A stretch of DNA of 64,000 nt. Source: Patescibacteria group bacterium (GTDB taxonomy: Bacteria > Patescibacteriota > Microgenomatia > UBA8517). The position numbers and the translations under genes were made by a program. How positions within the stretch are numbered: position 1 is the stretch's first letter; every line of letters starts with the position of its first letter. The notes beneath the pieces were generated by a model that was not told where the DNA came from, did no database searches, and saw nothing but the letters and a program-made list of their open reading frames with translations. Below are positions 1-8,457 of the stretch, in pieces. The DNA is taken from assembly GCA_022868165.1 (NCBI GenBank), contig JALHYA010000001.1, positions 12,937-76,936 on the forward strand. Reading direction: 5' to 3'.

Positions 1-389
1 TCGTTTTCGCGAACATAAATATTGCCTTTCTTATTAATGCTTGCCCAATTTAAAAATAAAATTTCGTTTTCACCTATTTTTCTCTCGTCTAAGTCATCAA
101 AATAGGAGCACTTAAGGCTGACACCAAACTGGTCGTAGTATTTCTTCAGACTGTCGCGGCTCTGATCATGCAATTTGTTTACGGCAATCCAAACAAACGA
201 GAACTTCTTACCATCAACACGAGAATCAATAAGACGTTTTAAAAATTCGGCCACCATCAATGTTTTACCGGAACCGGTTGGCGATCTGAAAATACAAATT
301 TTGTTTCCCTCCGCGTCTAAAAGATCGTTAACTTCCTGCTTAAGTTTTACAATGGCCTTTTCTTGATAATTTTTGAATTCAATCCACAT
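1..389 (-). CDS. res: Type III restriction enzyme Res subunit (helicase domain), N-terminal fragment truncated by the window edge
   Basis: Reverse-complement translation from ATG at 387-389 gives MWIEFKNYQEKAIVKL...IFRSPTGSGKTLMVAEF (Walker A / helicase motif I) and stays open to position 1. The start lies 5 nt after the mod stop (TAA 395-397), the typical mod-res order. Confidence 0.6.
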   Translation of the reverse strand, partial: MWIEFKNYQEKAIVKLKQEVNDLLDAEGNKICIFRSPTGSGKTLMVAEFLKRLIDSRVDGKKFSFVWIAVNKLHDQSRDSLKKYYDQFGVSLKCSYFDDLDERKIGENEILFLNWASINKKGNIYVREN

Positions 390-394
390 AGCTT

Positions 395-2098
395 TTACTT
401 AAAAATTTCCCTATAAACTTTTAATATTACTTCAGGAATAGCACAAAGAGTTACTTTGTCTTTAACATCGGTAAATTGAATTTCATGGGGATCATCGCCT
501 AGTGAAAACACATAGGTGTTAATATGGCCTTGTATTTTCTGGATAGCCCTCTTGAACTCATCGATTGCTTCTTCATAAAAGATGATACCAAGATAATTGT
601 TGCTATTTTTAAAGATTTTAAAATCACCTTCATCTCGAACCAATTCAAAAGCGTTTTCCCGAATACAGAGCATCTCTGTCGATTCGTTTACTAATTTTCG
701 CTTATTTCGATCGGTCGGTTCGGCTTCTACAAAATCACAAACATAATATTTTAGGTTACCCCCAAGTCCAACAATGCTTTTACCTTCAGTGTCTTTATAA
801 CCGTTTATCGCTTTCTTAATTCTCGGATAACAAATATTTGTGCTTATATCGTTTTCGTTATTTGTACAAAGAATAAATCGACGATTACCACCATCTTCTT
901 TGTTTAGTGCTAAGACTGCATGTCCCGTTGTACCCGAACCCGCAAAGAAATCGAGAATGACAGCATCTTTATTTTCCTTCCCATCGTAGTTAAATTTTAT
1001 AAGCTTCTTAATTAAATTAACCGGCTTCGGAAAAGCAAACAAACGATTACCTAAGATACTGTCTAACTCCCTTGTCCCCTCATGCGTGTAAGGTCCCTCG
1101 AAGAGAGTCGTTGGAGTTGAATTTCTTAATTTTCCGTCTTTATCTTTTAAGTATTGTTTAAATCTTACAGACCATTTTCCGTTTTTCATCTTATTGAACA
1201 CAAGTTCATCATTCTTTATCGCTTCATCGACGCGCCCTTTTGACCATAGCCATTGCTTTTCGGGCCAAATGTTCTCTCCCTTGTATTGGATTGGGTATCG
1301 CAAATTTGGTCTATTTGCCATACTTGTGGTTCCAAGCGCCCATGTTCCGTAAGGACCCCTAATTGAAAAATGTTTATCTTTCTTTTTAAATAGTTTGGTA
1401 TTTGACTCATCATATGGGACACTTACCGACTTGATCAAACTGGAATCTTTTGCGTACATTAAAATATATTCGTGCACGTCAATTAACGCTTTTGGTTTTG
1501 CACCCGCACCAGCCTTATTTTTGAGAACTATTGTAGCCAAGAAATTTACCTGAGAAAATATTTCATCGCATAACATCCTTAATGGAGCCAGTTCATTGTC
1601 GTCAATACTTATAAAAATTACGCCTGTGTTTTTAAGAAGAAGACGAGCCAGTTTTAGCCGTCTTTCCATAAACGAAAGCCATTTACTGTGCCGAAAGGGA
1701 TCTTCAGGATCAACCAATTTGTCATTGTAGATGAAATCGTTATTACCAGTGTTATATGGTGGATCAATGTAAATAAGATCGATGGCTTCTTGATGTGTAA
1801 AATTCAAAACCACAAGTGAGTGGTAATTGTCACCTTCAATGATCAAGTTGACTGGATTATCTTTGTCGCTATATATTTCCTTATCTTTTGCTTCCTTCAA
1901 AATTGGAAAAGGTTTTCCGAACATTTCATTTGGAAACATTTCGTTGGGTGTACGAGCATCGGGATTTATTAGAATATCTATCTTCTCTTCCGGCAAATCT
2001 CTATGCCAAACAAGGCCATATTTTATTTCCTTAATCCGCCGGAGCTCTTTTACTAACTCTTCTCTTGTCCAACTGTCGTAATTAACTTTTCTTGCCAT
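395..2098 (-). CDS. mod: Type III R-M DNA methyltransferase Mod (N6-adenine, DPPY motif)
   Basis: 567-aa ORF with IDPPYNTG (motif IV of N6/N4 methyltransferases), an AdoMet-binding FAGSGTTG-like motif near the C-terminus, and a Res helicase gene immediately downstream. Confidence 0.7.
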   Translation of the reverse strand: MARKVNYDSWTREELVKELRRIKEIKYGLVWHRDLPEEKIDILINPDARTPNEMFPNEMFGKPFPILKEAKDKEIYSDKDNPVNLIIEGDNYHSLVVLNFTHQEAIDLIYIDPPYNTGNNDFIYNDKLVDPEDPFRHSKWLSFMERRLKLARLLLKNTGVIFISIDDNELAPLRMLCDEIFSQVNFLATIVLKNKAGAGAKPKALIDVHEYILMYAKDSSLIKSVSVPYDESNTKLFKKKDKHFSIRGPYGTWALGTTSMANRPNLRYPIQYKGENIWPEKQWLWSKGRVDEAIKNDELVFNKMKNGKWSVRFKQYLKDKDGKLRNSTPTTLFEGPYTHEGTRELDSILGNRLFAFPKPVNLIKKLIKFNYDGKENKDAVILDFFAGSGTTGHAVLALNKEDGGNRRFILCTNNENDISTNICYPRIKKAINGYKDTEGKSIVGLGGNLKYYVCDFVEAEPTDRNKRKLVNESTEMLCIRENAFELVRDEGDFKIFKNSNNYLGIIFYEEAIDEFKRAIQKIQGHINTYVFSLGDDPHEIQFTDVKDKVTLCAIPEVILKVYREIFK

Positions 2099-2132
2099 GC
2101 TAAAATATTTTACTACTTTTGCTGGCTAGAGA

Positions 2133-2169
2133 CTAAAGCTCGGATTTGTCGTACTCGACTTTGAAGATC
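2133..2169. repeat. ~40-bp repeat copy 1 (core GGATTTGTCGTACTCGA-TTT)
   Basis: ctaaagctcggatttgtcgtactcgactttgaagatc. Near-identical copies at 2535-2577 and 2708-2755. Confidence 0.7.
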
Positions 2170-2177
2170 AAAGAGGG

Positions 2178-2495
2178 TTATTCGCGCTTGCCAAGGTTTT
2201 GAATCTTGATGTCGTCAAGTTTCTGCAGGGCGGAAATAAGGGCCATTCTGTCGAGAGGCCACTCCTGCCTCCTTTCCAAAACTGTGTTTTTTAGCCTGTA
2301 AACAATGCGCCGCACCTCGCCTTGGTTAAGACGCAGCTCATTTTCAATTGCCTTATCACTATCGCCCACAAAAACCCCAACCAAAACCCTTTGATCTAAA
2401 TCAGAAAGATGCGGGTCGAAAGAAATCAAAAAACTTTCATCCCCTCTTTCGATTGTCCAGGGATGAGAACCAGTAAATTTATCTTCCGGCGACAT
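2178..2495 (-). CDS. small HTH protein (sigma-70 region-4-like motif); hypothetical regulator
   Basis: 105 aa. Segment DKAIENELRLNQGEVRRIVYRLKN resembles region-4/LuxR-type HTH. Flanked on both sides by the ~40-bp repeats. Confidence 0.4.
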   Translation of the reverse strand: MSPEDKFTGSHPWTIERGDESFLISFDPHLSDLDQRVLVGVFVGDSDKAIENELRLNQGEVRRIVYRLKNTVLERRQEWPLDRMALISALQKLDDIKIQNLGKRE

Positions 2496-2534
2496 ATTTG
2501 CGCCTATTTTAGCACAAAGATTAATTATTACGAT

Positions 2535-2577
2535 GCTGAAGAGTCGGATTTGTCGTACTCGATTTAGGTTTTTCTCG
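2535..2577. repeat. ~40-bp repeat copy 2
   Basis: gctgaagagtcggatttgtcgtactcgatttaggtttttctc, about 40 bp upstream of the 105-aa gene start. Confidence 0.7.
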
Positions 2578-2707
2578 TCCCGAATTGGTGAGGCGTGTGG
2601 TTGGCCTATTTCCCCCTCTTCAAATCTTTAAAAATCCTCGCTCCAACCGCATATCATATATCGATATATGATAATCAACACAGATTATTATTTTATCCAA
2701 TGAAGGC

Positions 2708-2755
2708 GCTGCTACTAAGGGTTAGATCTGTCGTACTCCGTTTAGATATTTCTCT
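2708..2755. repeat. ~40-bp repeat copy 3 (overlaps the 3' end of the NTase-fold gene)
   Basis: gctgctactaagggttagatctgtcgtactccgtttagatatttctc. Confidence 0.6.
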
Positions 2756-3150
2756 ATTACTTTAATATGCCTTTTGTCTTTTGGTCTCCTCATCTCCCTT
2801 TTGTAAGCCAAAACACAGTCTAGTTTTACAAACCTTATCCCTTCGATGACATCTGCATTGTCTATCAATTGGTCGGTTTTGAGGTTTCCTCCGTACATCC
2901 AGGTACTAGCAACCTGAATTTTTTCTCCATAAAAATTAATTACAGTTCCGTTAGACCAAACTTTTTCTTTGTCTTTATGGTTTAATGCGTTTTCCCAAGC
3001 CTTACCTCTGGCAATAATATCTATATCTCTAAGTTGCTTTTTAAGTCCGCAAGCAAACATTGGTCCGGAACCAAAGATGGCAAAGTCCTTTAAAGGCAGA
3101 TTCAAAGAAAGAAGTTTTTTGATAAGTTTGTGTTTTCTTATCGATTCCAC
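2722..3150 (-). CDS. Pol-beta-superfamily nucleotidyltransferase-fold protein
   Basis: 142 aa with FGSGPMFACGLKKQLRDIDI, matching the G[GS]-x9-13-D-x-[DE] nucleotidyltransferase signature. Confidence 0.5.
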   Translation of the reverse strand: MESIRKHKLIKKLLSLNLPLKDFAIFGSGPMFACGLKKQLRDIDIIARGKAWENALNHKDKEKVWSNGTVINFYGEKIQVASTWMYGGNLKTDQLIDNADVIEGIRFVKLDCVLAYKREMRRPKDKRHIKVIEKYLNGVRQI

Positions 3151-3207
3151 GGCCTATTTTACCACGAAGTGGGTTATTCGCACGAAATATTTACTTTGCT
3201 TTTCCAT

Positions 3208-3642
3208 TTAAGTTCCCCTCATTTGCGAAATAATTCTCTTTTGTGCTTCGAAAGGTTCGACTCGCTCCGCTTGAACAACAAACATAGACAATTCGCGCAG
3301 ATACCCGTGCGACGATAATCTCCACGTATTATCCGGGCTGAGGAAATTTCCCTCATTATCCACCGGAATACGAACCTTAGAATCCGCCGGCGCTTGTTTC
3401 AAAAGTACCGCCATAATCGGTCCATTTAATTTATAAAGAAGATTCGGATCGGATATCTGCTCTGGGGAAATTGGGTCTAAGGTTACGTAGTAACCCGGAG
3501 GAACGTGGTGCTCTTGAGCCTTCTCTTTTTTCCTTAAATCCCAAAAATCTACGTGCAGTTGGCTCCCTTCTTTAAATTCTGCCTCAGGCCTTCTACCTTT
3601 AATGTAATCTACTGCATCTAGCAATCGCTCTCTAATACCCAT
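3208..3642 (-). CDS. hypothetical protein (possible partner of the NTase-fold gene)
   Basis: 144-aa ORF in the same orientation, immediately upstream of the NTase gene. No motif recognised. Confidence 0.35.
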   Translation of the reverse strand: MGIRERLLDAVDYIKGRRPEAEFKEGSQLHVDFWDLRKKEKAQEHHVPPGYYVTLDPISPEQISDPNLLYKLNGPIMAVLLKQAPADSKVRIPVDNEGNFLSPDNTWRLSSHGYLRELSMFVVQAERVEPFEAQKRIISQMRGT

Positions 3643-3697
3643 AATGCCCGTATTTTACTACGTATATAATTCTCTTGCGAGAATTTTTCGTAGCAGG

Positions 3698-4087
3698 CTA
3701 CTTTTTGTGCGGATGCAGTCCGGGGCCGCCAAAATAGGGTGTGTGCCAGCTTCTTCCGTCGGCGGCCTTATGGTCGCTTATCGGCCTCCACCAAAGGGTT
3801 CCGTCCGGACAAATCATTCCCGGGTTGGGAAGAGGTTTACCTTCTTTCAAATAGTAATCCAAATCGCAGCGGCAGCTTACCTCGACGCCTCCATTGTGAT
3901 CCTCTATAACCCACCCGCTATGGTTTCCGCAGACATCGCAATAGCGGACATCCATCTCGATAATTTCCATCCCCGGCTGGGGTAAAATTTCTCTACTCAT
4001 GCGGGCTATTTTAGCACTAAAGGGAAGATTTTTTGCGGGGTTCCTTTTTCTGTGGCCTGGGCATGTCGCGGCGGATGTGCCACTCAA
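3698..4087 (-). CDS. hypothetical Cys-rich protein
   Basis: 129-aa ORF with CDVCG...CRCD pattern. The real start may be the internal MSREIL. Confidence 0.3.
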   Translation of the reverse strand: MSGTSAATCPGHRKRNPAKNLPFSAKIARMSREILPQPGMEIIEMDVRYCDVCGNHSGWVIEDHNGGVEVSCRCDLDYYLKEGKPLPNPGMICPDGTLWWRPISDHKAADGRSWHTPYFGGPGLHPHKK

Positions 4088-4252
4088 GTTCTCTGGGTAG
4101 AGATTGGGGTTTGGGCCTCTCTACCTGTTGGTTCCCATTTCCGTTATTTCCGTTTTTCTTTGCACAGACAATTTCTATTGTCATCAGAATGAAAATACAG
4201 AAAGAAGATTATGATTTCAACGGGGAAAAATAACCGTTGATTACCTTGTTTT

Positions 4253-4537
4253 TTAGTAGTCGGGGCAGGAGGCTTTTTCGCCCGGAAGTGTATTATCGTA
4301 GAGAGCAACAGGGGAGTTGCCCTCAGTACAGCCGAGGGAGACGATGTTTTTTCCGTCCCGGTGTCCGAACCTAAGATTCAATCCGTGGCAATGGCCGCAA
4401 AGACCTTCCAAGGCCCTCAGCCTGTTGGCATTATCCAAGGCCGCGTCGCCGTGAATGCGGTGGTGCGGTTTTGAATAGCGGGCAAGCAAATCCCTGATTA
4501 CTTCTTTGGCTTGGGTAACTCTCTTTTCCGTTTCCAT
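4253..4537 (-). CDS. hypothetical protein
   Basis: 94-aa ORF, GHCHGLN motif. No confident family. Confidence 0.3.
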   Translation of the reverse strand: METEKRVTQAKEVIRDLLARYSKPHHRIHGDAALDNANRLRALEGLCGHCHGLNLRFGHRDGKNIVSLGCTEGNSPVALYDNTLPGEKASCPDY

Positions 4538-4836
4538 TTTCGCGGTATTTTACCACGATTTAACAACTTTCTCAATTCCGACTTAGCTTGCTCTAAAACT
4601 CTCTTTCGCTCGGGGTTTAGATTTTTGCCGGCGCGATTGATATAAAAATTAAGCATGGACATTCCCGATTGAAAGGGGGGCGCTTTTCTTCTTAAGGAAT
4701 TTTCCGCAGAGCGCTTCAAGGAAGCGGCGATTTTCTTGGGGTCATCCCAAGTAAATACTCCTTCTTCCAGATCTAGGGCAAAGGAATGTTTTGTTACGTA
4801 CCCCGACCACTTTTTCACCCTGCCCAATTTTAGCAC
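4498..4836 (-). CDS. DUF3175-like small protein
   Basis: FTWDDPKKIAASLKRSAE...RKAPPFQSGMSMLNFYINRAGKNL resembles the DUF3175 family as I recall it. Confidence 0.4.
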   Translation of the reverse strand: MLKLGRVKKWSGYVTKHSFALDLEEGVFTWDDPKKIAASLKRSAENSLRRKAPPFQSGMSMLNFYINRAGKNLNPERKRVLEQAKSELRKLLNRGKIPRKWKRKRELPKPKK

Positions 4837-5122
4837 TGTGCTTCAATATTTAGACGAATTGAGGGGTGATAATAAAGGTCTTTTCTTATCAGATAACTTC
4901 TTGAGTCGGTTTCAAAATTTAATCCAACCTCATACTTCTTTTCTTTGGCTAAATTAATCCCATCCTTGATATAGGTTGCTAAATATTGAGGCCCTTCGGG
5001 AGTTTTAAGAGAAGCCACTCTGGGGCTGGTATCTACAGATTCCACAAGTTTATATTAACACTTTGTGCTTGTTTGATGTTAGCGGGGCAAAAATGTATAA
5101 TTTTGAAGCTTGGACACTTAGC

Positions 5123-5196
5123 ATGGAGCCATAGCTCAGTGGTAGAGCGTTCGCTTGACGTGCGAAAGGTCGTAGGTTCAATCCCTACTGGCTCCA
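5123..5196 (+). tRNA. tRNA-Val (anticodon GAC)
   Basis: Manual cloverleaf: acceptor GGAGCCA/TGGCTCC, D-arm GCTCAGTGGTAGAGC, anticodon loop TTGACGT, T-arm GTAGGTTCAATCCCTAC. Confidence 0.85.
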
Positions 5197-5201
5197 CTCG
5201 A

Positions 5202-5272
5202 GGGCCCGTGGTATACCGGTAACACACTTCCATGGCATGGAAGAGTAGAGGGTTCAATTCCCTCCGGGTCCA
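5202..5272 (+). tRNA. tRNA-Ala (anticodon GGC) with a divergent D-arm
   Basis: Acceptor GGGCCCG/CGGGTCC gives a G3:U70 pair (the Ala identity element). Anticodon stem CTTCC/GGAAG, loop ATGGCAT, T-loop TTCAATT. The D-stem carries one mismatch. Confidence 0.65.
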
Positions 5273-5304
5273 CTCGCGCTGATGCTCGCTTCCTGCCTGG
5301 TTTA

Positions 5305-5682
5305 ATGAAAGAAAGATACGATCCCAAAACAGAGGATATATTTTTGTTTTTGTCTCCCGAAGAATTAACGGAGTTTAATCTAAAAGGAATTGGCGAAATG
5401 CGCCTCATTGTTCCCGAAAAATCGGTCGCGTTCTTTTTGTTTTGCGCTGCGAATTCAGGAGAAATGGACGAAAACTACTTAAGAGTGGATGTTGTCTACG
5501 ACGTTCCTTCCACAGGCTTTGGTAAAGCTCAAAATTTTACTAACTTCTATATTTATCTTAGTGATCGGGCTCGGAAAGATCTTTTATCAAAAAGGGAGTG
5601 CCAGGACCGCTATACGGGAACGACAGGTTCTCAGAAAATCCACATTTTTTTAGGAGAGCCTAACGAAGAAACCTCTTTCTAG
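5305..5682 (+). CDS. hypothetical protein
   Basis: 125-aa ORF 32 nt downstream of tRNA-Ala. Confidence 0.35.
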   Translation: MKERYDPKTEDIFLFLSPEELTEFNLKGIGEMRLIVPEKSVAFFLFCAANSGEMDENYLRVDVVYDVPSTGFGKAQNFTNFYIYLSDRARKDLLSKRECQDRYTGTTGSQKIHIFLGEPNEETSF

Positions 5683-5690
5683 ATAAAAAT

Positions 5691-6323
5691 TTATCCAGCT
5701 GACCTTTGAAGATAATGGTCCGGAGCCAAGAGGAACGAAGAACCCTTTTTCTTGTACATTGTCCAGTAGTTCTTTCTTTCGGCACGCTTATTGCCGGCGT
5801 GCAGCCAGAGACCCGCATCTTCGATTTTCTTTCTGAAGCTTTGGATAAACTCCAAAAGCTTTTCGAAAAATACTACATGGTATTCTCCAGGCTCAACCGG
5901 TGCCTGCATAGCGGCTATTTTTACCTCTTCCGCCAAGCCCTGTGTGCTTTTGGCGAGCTCATAGACTTCTAGGGAAATCGCGTGAAGTTGAAGCCTTAGT
6001 TCACCGGTTTTTTTATCAACGAGTATTCTTTCCTCTTCAACCAGCCTTCGCTCCAAAGCAACCTGTCCTTTTTGCTTTGAAATTTGCTCCTGTTTGCCTG
6101 CAAAAATCTCTGTAAGCTCGACCGTTTCACCCGGCTGAATATCTCCCGAGAATTTTTTGGGTTCGGGGGCGCCAAACATCTGCTTAAAGAATTCTTCGGA
6201 GCCTTGCTTTAAAAGGTCTTCCTTGATGGTTTGGCCGGTGGAGCCGCCGATTTCCTTCAGGGATTCCAAAACATTGGCCCTGCGAAGCTGTTTTGCGAAT
6301 TTGGCTTTCTGTACCTTGTCCAT
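5691..6323 (-). CDS. hypothetical protein
   Basis: 210-aa ORF with charged/coiled composition. Confidence 0.4.
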   Translation of the reverse strand: MDKVQKAKFAKQLRRANVLESLKEIGGSTGQTIKEDLLKQGSEEFFKQMFGAPEPKKFSGDIQPGETVELTEIFAGKQEQISKQKGQVALERRLVEEERILVDKKTGELRLQLHAISLEVYELAKSTQGLAEEVKIAAMQAPVEPGEYHVVFFEKLLEFIQSFRKKIEDAGLWLHAGNKRAERKNYWTMYKKKGSSFLLAPDHYLQRSAG

Positions 6324-6332
6324 GGCGAAATT

Positions 6333-7154
6333 TTACACCTGAGCTATCAGCGAATCAAGCGCGTAGCGCCTCTTTAGAATGGAGCCTATTACCTGCCTTT
6401 GTTCGGGAGTGTCTATGTTGCCTTTGACGTTCGGGTCGGCTTTGGCAGCCTTAATCATATTTTCCACATCTTCCTCTTTAACCTTGATGCTCTCGCTTTC
6501 GGCAATTTTGTTTAGGATTAAATCAAGGGCGATGGCTTCTTTGGCCTGTTTTTCATAGTCTTGCCGCAGCGTTTCCGGGGTTTTGCCGATGGATGTCAAA
6601 TAGCTCTCAAGAGAAAGCCCGAGTTTCTCGATTCTGGCCAGAAGATTGGAAATTCTGGAATCCGCCTCATCATGGATAAGAAGGTGAGGAATATCCAGTT
6701 TTACCGATTCCAACAGGGCCCCAACGACTATCTGCTCCTTTTCCTCCTTTGTCGGTTCTTTAGTAATGCTTTTTGAGCGTAGCTCCCCCGCAATTATCTT
6801 TTTATAATCGCCCAGCTCAACAGCCGGGAGTTCGCAGGTAACTGCCCTCACTTGCCAGACCTCGCCTTCTTTGGCCGAAACAAGCTCGAATTTGGGGTAA
6901 ATGGCCGGTTTAATTTTATATTCTACAATCGAATCGGCCAAAGCCTTTGGTAAAAGCGTTGATAGGGCCTTTTCGATAACCGTATTTTGCGGGATATTCT
7001 TCTCGACCAAATCCACGGGAGCTTTGCCTTTTCTGAACCCCGGAATTTCGGCATCTTTAGACAAAGCCTCAAGAGCCTCTTTTTTGGCTTTTCCGACCAA
7101 AACCCAAGGAAGGCTAAAGGTTATCTGAACATTGCCGTTGGCCTCTTTGGCCAT
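6333..7154 (-). CDS. tig: trigger factor (short form)
   Basis: GFRKGKAP ribosome-binding signature about 40 residues from the internal Met (MAKEANG...). The track ORF extends to 7229. The start was trimmed by aligning the position of GFRKGK. Confidence 0.65.
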   Translation of the reverse strand: MAKEANGNVQITFSLPWVLVGKAKKEALEALSKDAEIPGFRKGKAPVDLVEKNIPQNTVIEKALSTLLPKALADSIVEYKIKPAIYPKFELVSAKEGEVWQVRAVTCELPAVELGDYKKIIAGELRSKSITKEPTKEEKEQIVVGALLESVKLDIPHLLIHDEADSRISNLLARIEKLGLSLESYLTSIGKTPETLRQDYEKQAKEAIALDLILNKIAESESIKVKEEDVENMIKAAKADPNVKGNIDTPEQRQVIGSILKRRYALDSLIAQV

Positions 7155-7350
7155 GGTTGAAGTTATTTTTTCCACGAAAGCGAGTATATCACGATCCGCC
7201 CTTGTGTTGGGTATGAAATTGAGAGGCAATGAACTTGCCCCGCTGAGGCTGGCGCTTGCCTCCGAATTTGGAGCCTCTAAGAAAGTCCGGCGTTCTAAAG
7301 CCTAAAGCTTGGCCTTCCTTTTTCTTTTGAAAATTCTTCATCTTAGGTCA

Positions 7351-7382
7351 ATTGTAAATTGAAAATTGATAATTGTAAATTT
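7351..7382. repeat. direct repeat AATTGTAAATT x2 (7351-7361, 7372-7382)
   Basis: tcAATTGTAAATTgaaaattgatAATTGTAAATTtt in the tig / RRM-gene intergenic region. Confidence 0.6.
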
Positions 7383-7472
7383 TCTTGTTATACTAGATGT
7401 GCCCTGCAAGGTGAGGTAGTCTTCGTCAGAAGCTTCCGATCGCTTCAGAGGTTTAGAAAGGAGCAAAATATT

Positions 7473-7730
7473 ATGGCCACAAAACTTTTCGTAGGAAATT
7501 TGGATTTTACCGTTACCGGAGATGACCTTAGAGATACTTTTTCTAAAGTTGGTACAGTTGTCGACGCCGTTGTTATAAGCGACAAGATGACCGGACGCAG
7601 CCGCGGATTTGGATTCGTTGAAATGTCAAACGAAGATGAAGCCAAAGCAGCTGTAGAGAAATTGAACGGTTCAGATCTTAAAGGCAGAAAGATAAACGTA
7701 AACGAAGCTCGCCCTAAGGCAGAGCACTAA
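7473..7730 (+). CDS. RRM-type RNA-binding protein
   Basis: RNP-2 LFVGNL and RNP-1 RGFGFVEM. RBS AAAGGAG sits 10 nt upstream of the ATG at 7473. Confidence 0.85.
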   Translation: MATKLFVGNLDFTVTGDDLRDTFSKVGTVVDAVVISDKMTGRSRGFGFVEMSNEDEAKAAVEKLNGSDLKGRKINVNEARPKAEH

Positions 7731-7734
7731 AAAC

Positions 7735-8448
7735 CTAGTCGTTTTTGTCTTTGTCCTTATCTTTATCTCTACCTTGACCTTGATTTTGGTGTTGTCCCTG
7801 ATTTCCGGGTTGTATAGACTGTGATTCAGGAACATCTCTAATAATTTCTTGTCTGAGCTCTTCCAATTGGGAGCTGGTTTGGTCAAGATTAGCAATTACC
7901 ACACTAACCGAGGCCGCAGGCGTAGGCTCTGTAGCCGCAGCAGGCGCAGCACTAGGGGCTGGCGTTGACGTGGGTATAAAAGGCGCCACTGTAGGAACAT
8001 AAGGAGTCGCCACCGGAGCCGAGCCCGTAACGGACGAAGGGACAACGGCCGAAGGTTGGGTAGCCAGAACCGCTTTTTTCTCCGCTATACTTTTTTGGTA
8101 ATTTTCAATATTTTGAACAAGAACGGCTGCCTGTTTTACATCCTGTTTTCCGACAATAATATCCTTCGATTGGGATGCTTGAGTAACTAAAAGCGTATAG
8201 CCCAAGGTTGAGCCTTCTTTGGCAAGAAGCCTGTTGGCTTCGCCAAATCGCCTGTCCGTAAAATTTAGGGAAAGCATGGATGCCAGCGGAGTTTTGATTG
8301 TGACGGCCAAAGCCACTTTCTCGAAAGAAGTTTTGGTAGTGTAGAGCGCCTCGCCGGGAAGAGCGTTCCAGCTGGCAAGGATAAGCACGGCGGGGACGGC
8401 CAAGAGAATCGCAATAGAGGTTAGAAAAGCATCGAAAAAGGTTTTCAT
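7735..8448 (-). CDS. membrane-anchored protein with Pro/Ala/Thr-rich linker and DK-repeat tail
   Basis: N-terminal TM helix, a PSAAPAAATEPTPA low-complexity segment, and a C-terminal DKDKDKDK. Confidence 0.5.
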   Translation of the reverse strand: MKTFFDAFLTSIAILLAVPAVLILASWNALPGEALYTTKTSFEKVALAVTIKTPLASMLSLNFTDRRFGEANRLLAKEGSTLGYTLLVTQASQSKDIIVGKQDVKQAAVLVQNIENYQKSIAEKKAVLATQPSAVVPSSVTGSAPVATPYVPTVAPFIPTSTPAPSAAPAAATEPTPAASVSVVIANLDQTSSQLEELRQEIIRDVPESQSIQPGNQGQHQNQGQGRDKDKDKDKND

Positions 8449-8457
8449 TTTTGGGAA

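Noticed and set aside
5033-5408. Minus-strand ORFs 5033-5257 and 5178-5408 containing ...VGIEPTT... / ...GIEPST...
   Set aside because: They are antisense translations of tRNA-Val and tRNA-Ala; the GIEP motif is the reverse-translated T-loop. Not coding.
7735-7790. DKDKDKDK C-terminal repeat and the Pro/Ala/Thr-rich segment of gene 7735-8448 as a repeat element
   Set aside because: Low-complexity protein linker, not a DNA-level repeat family.
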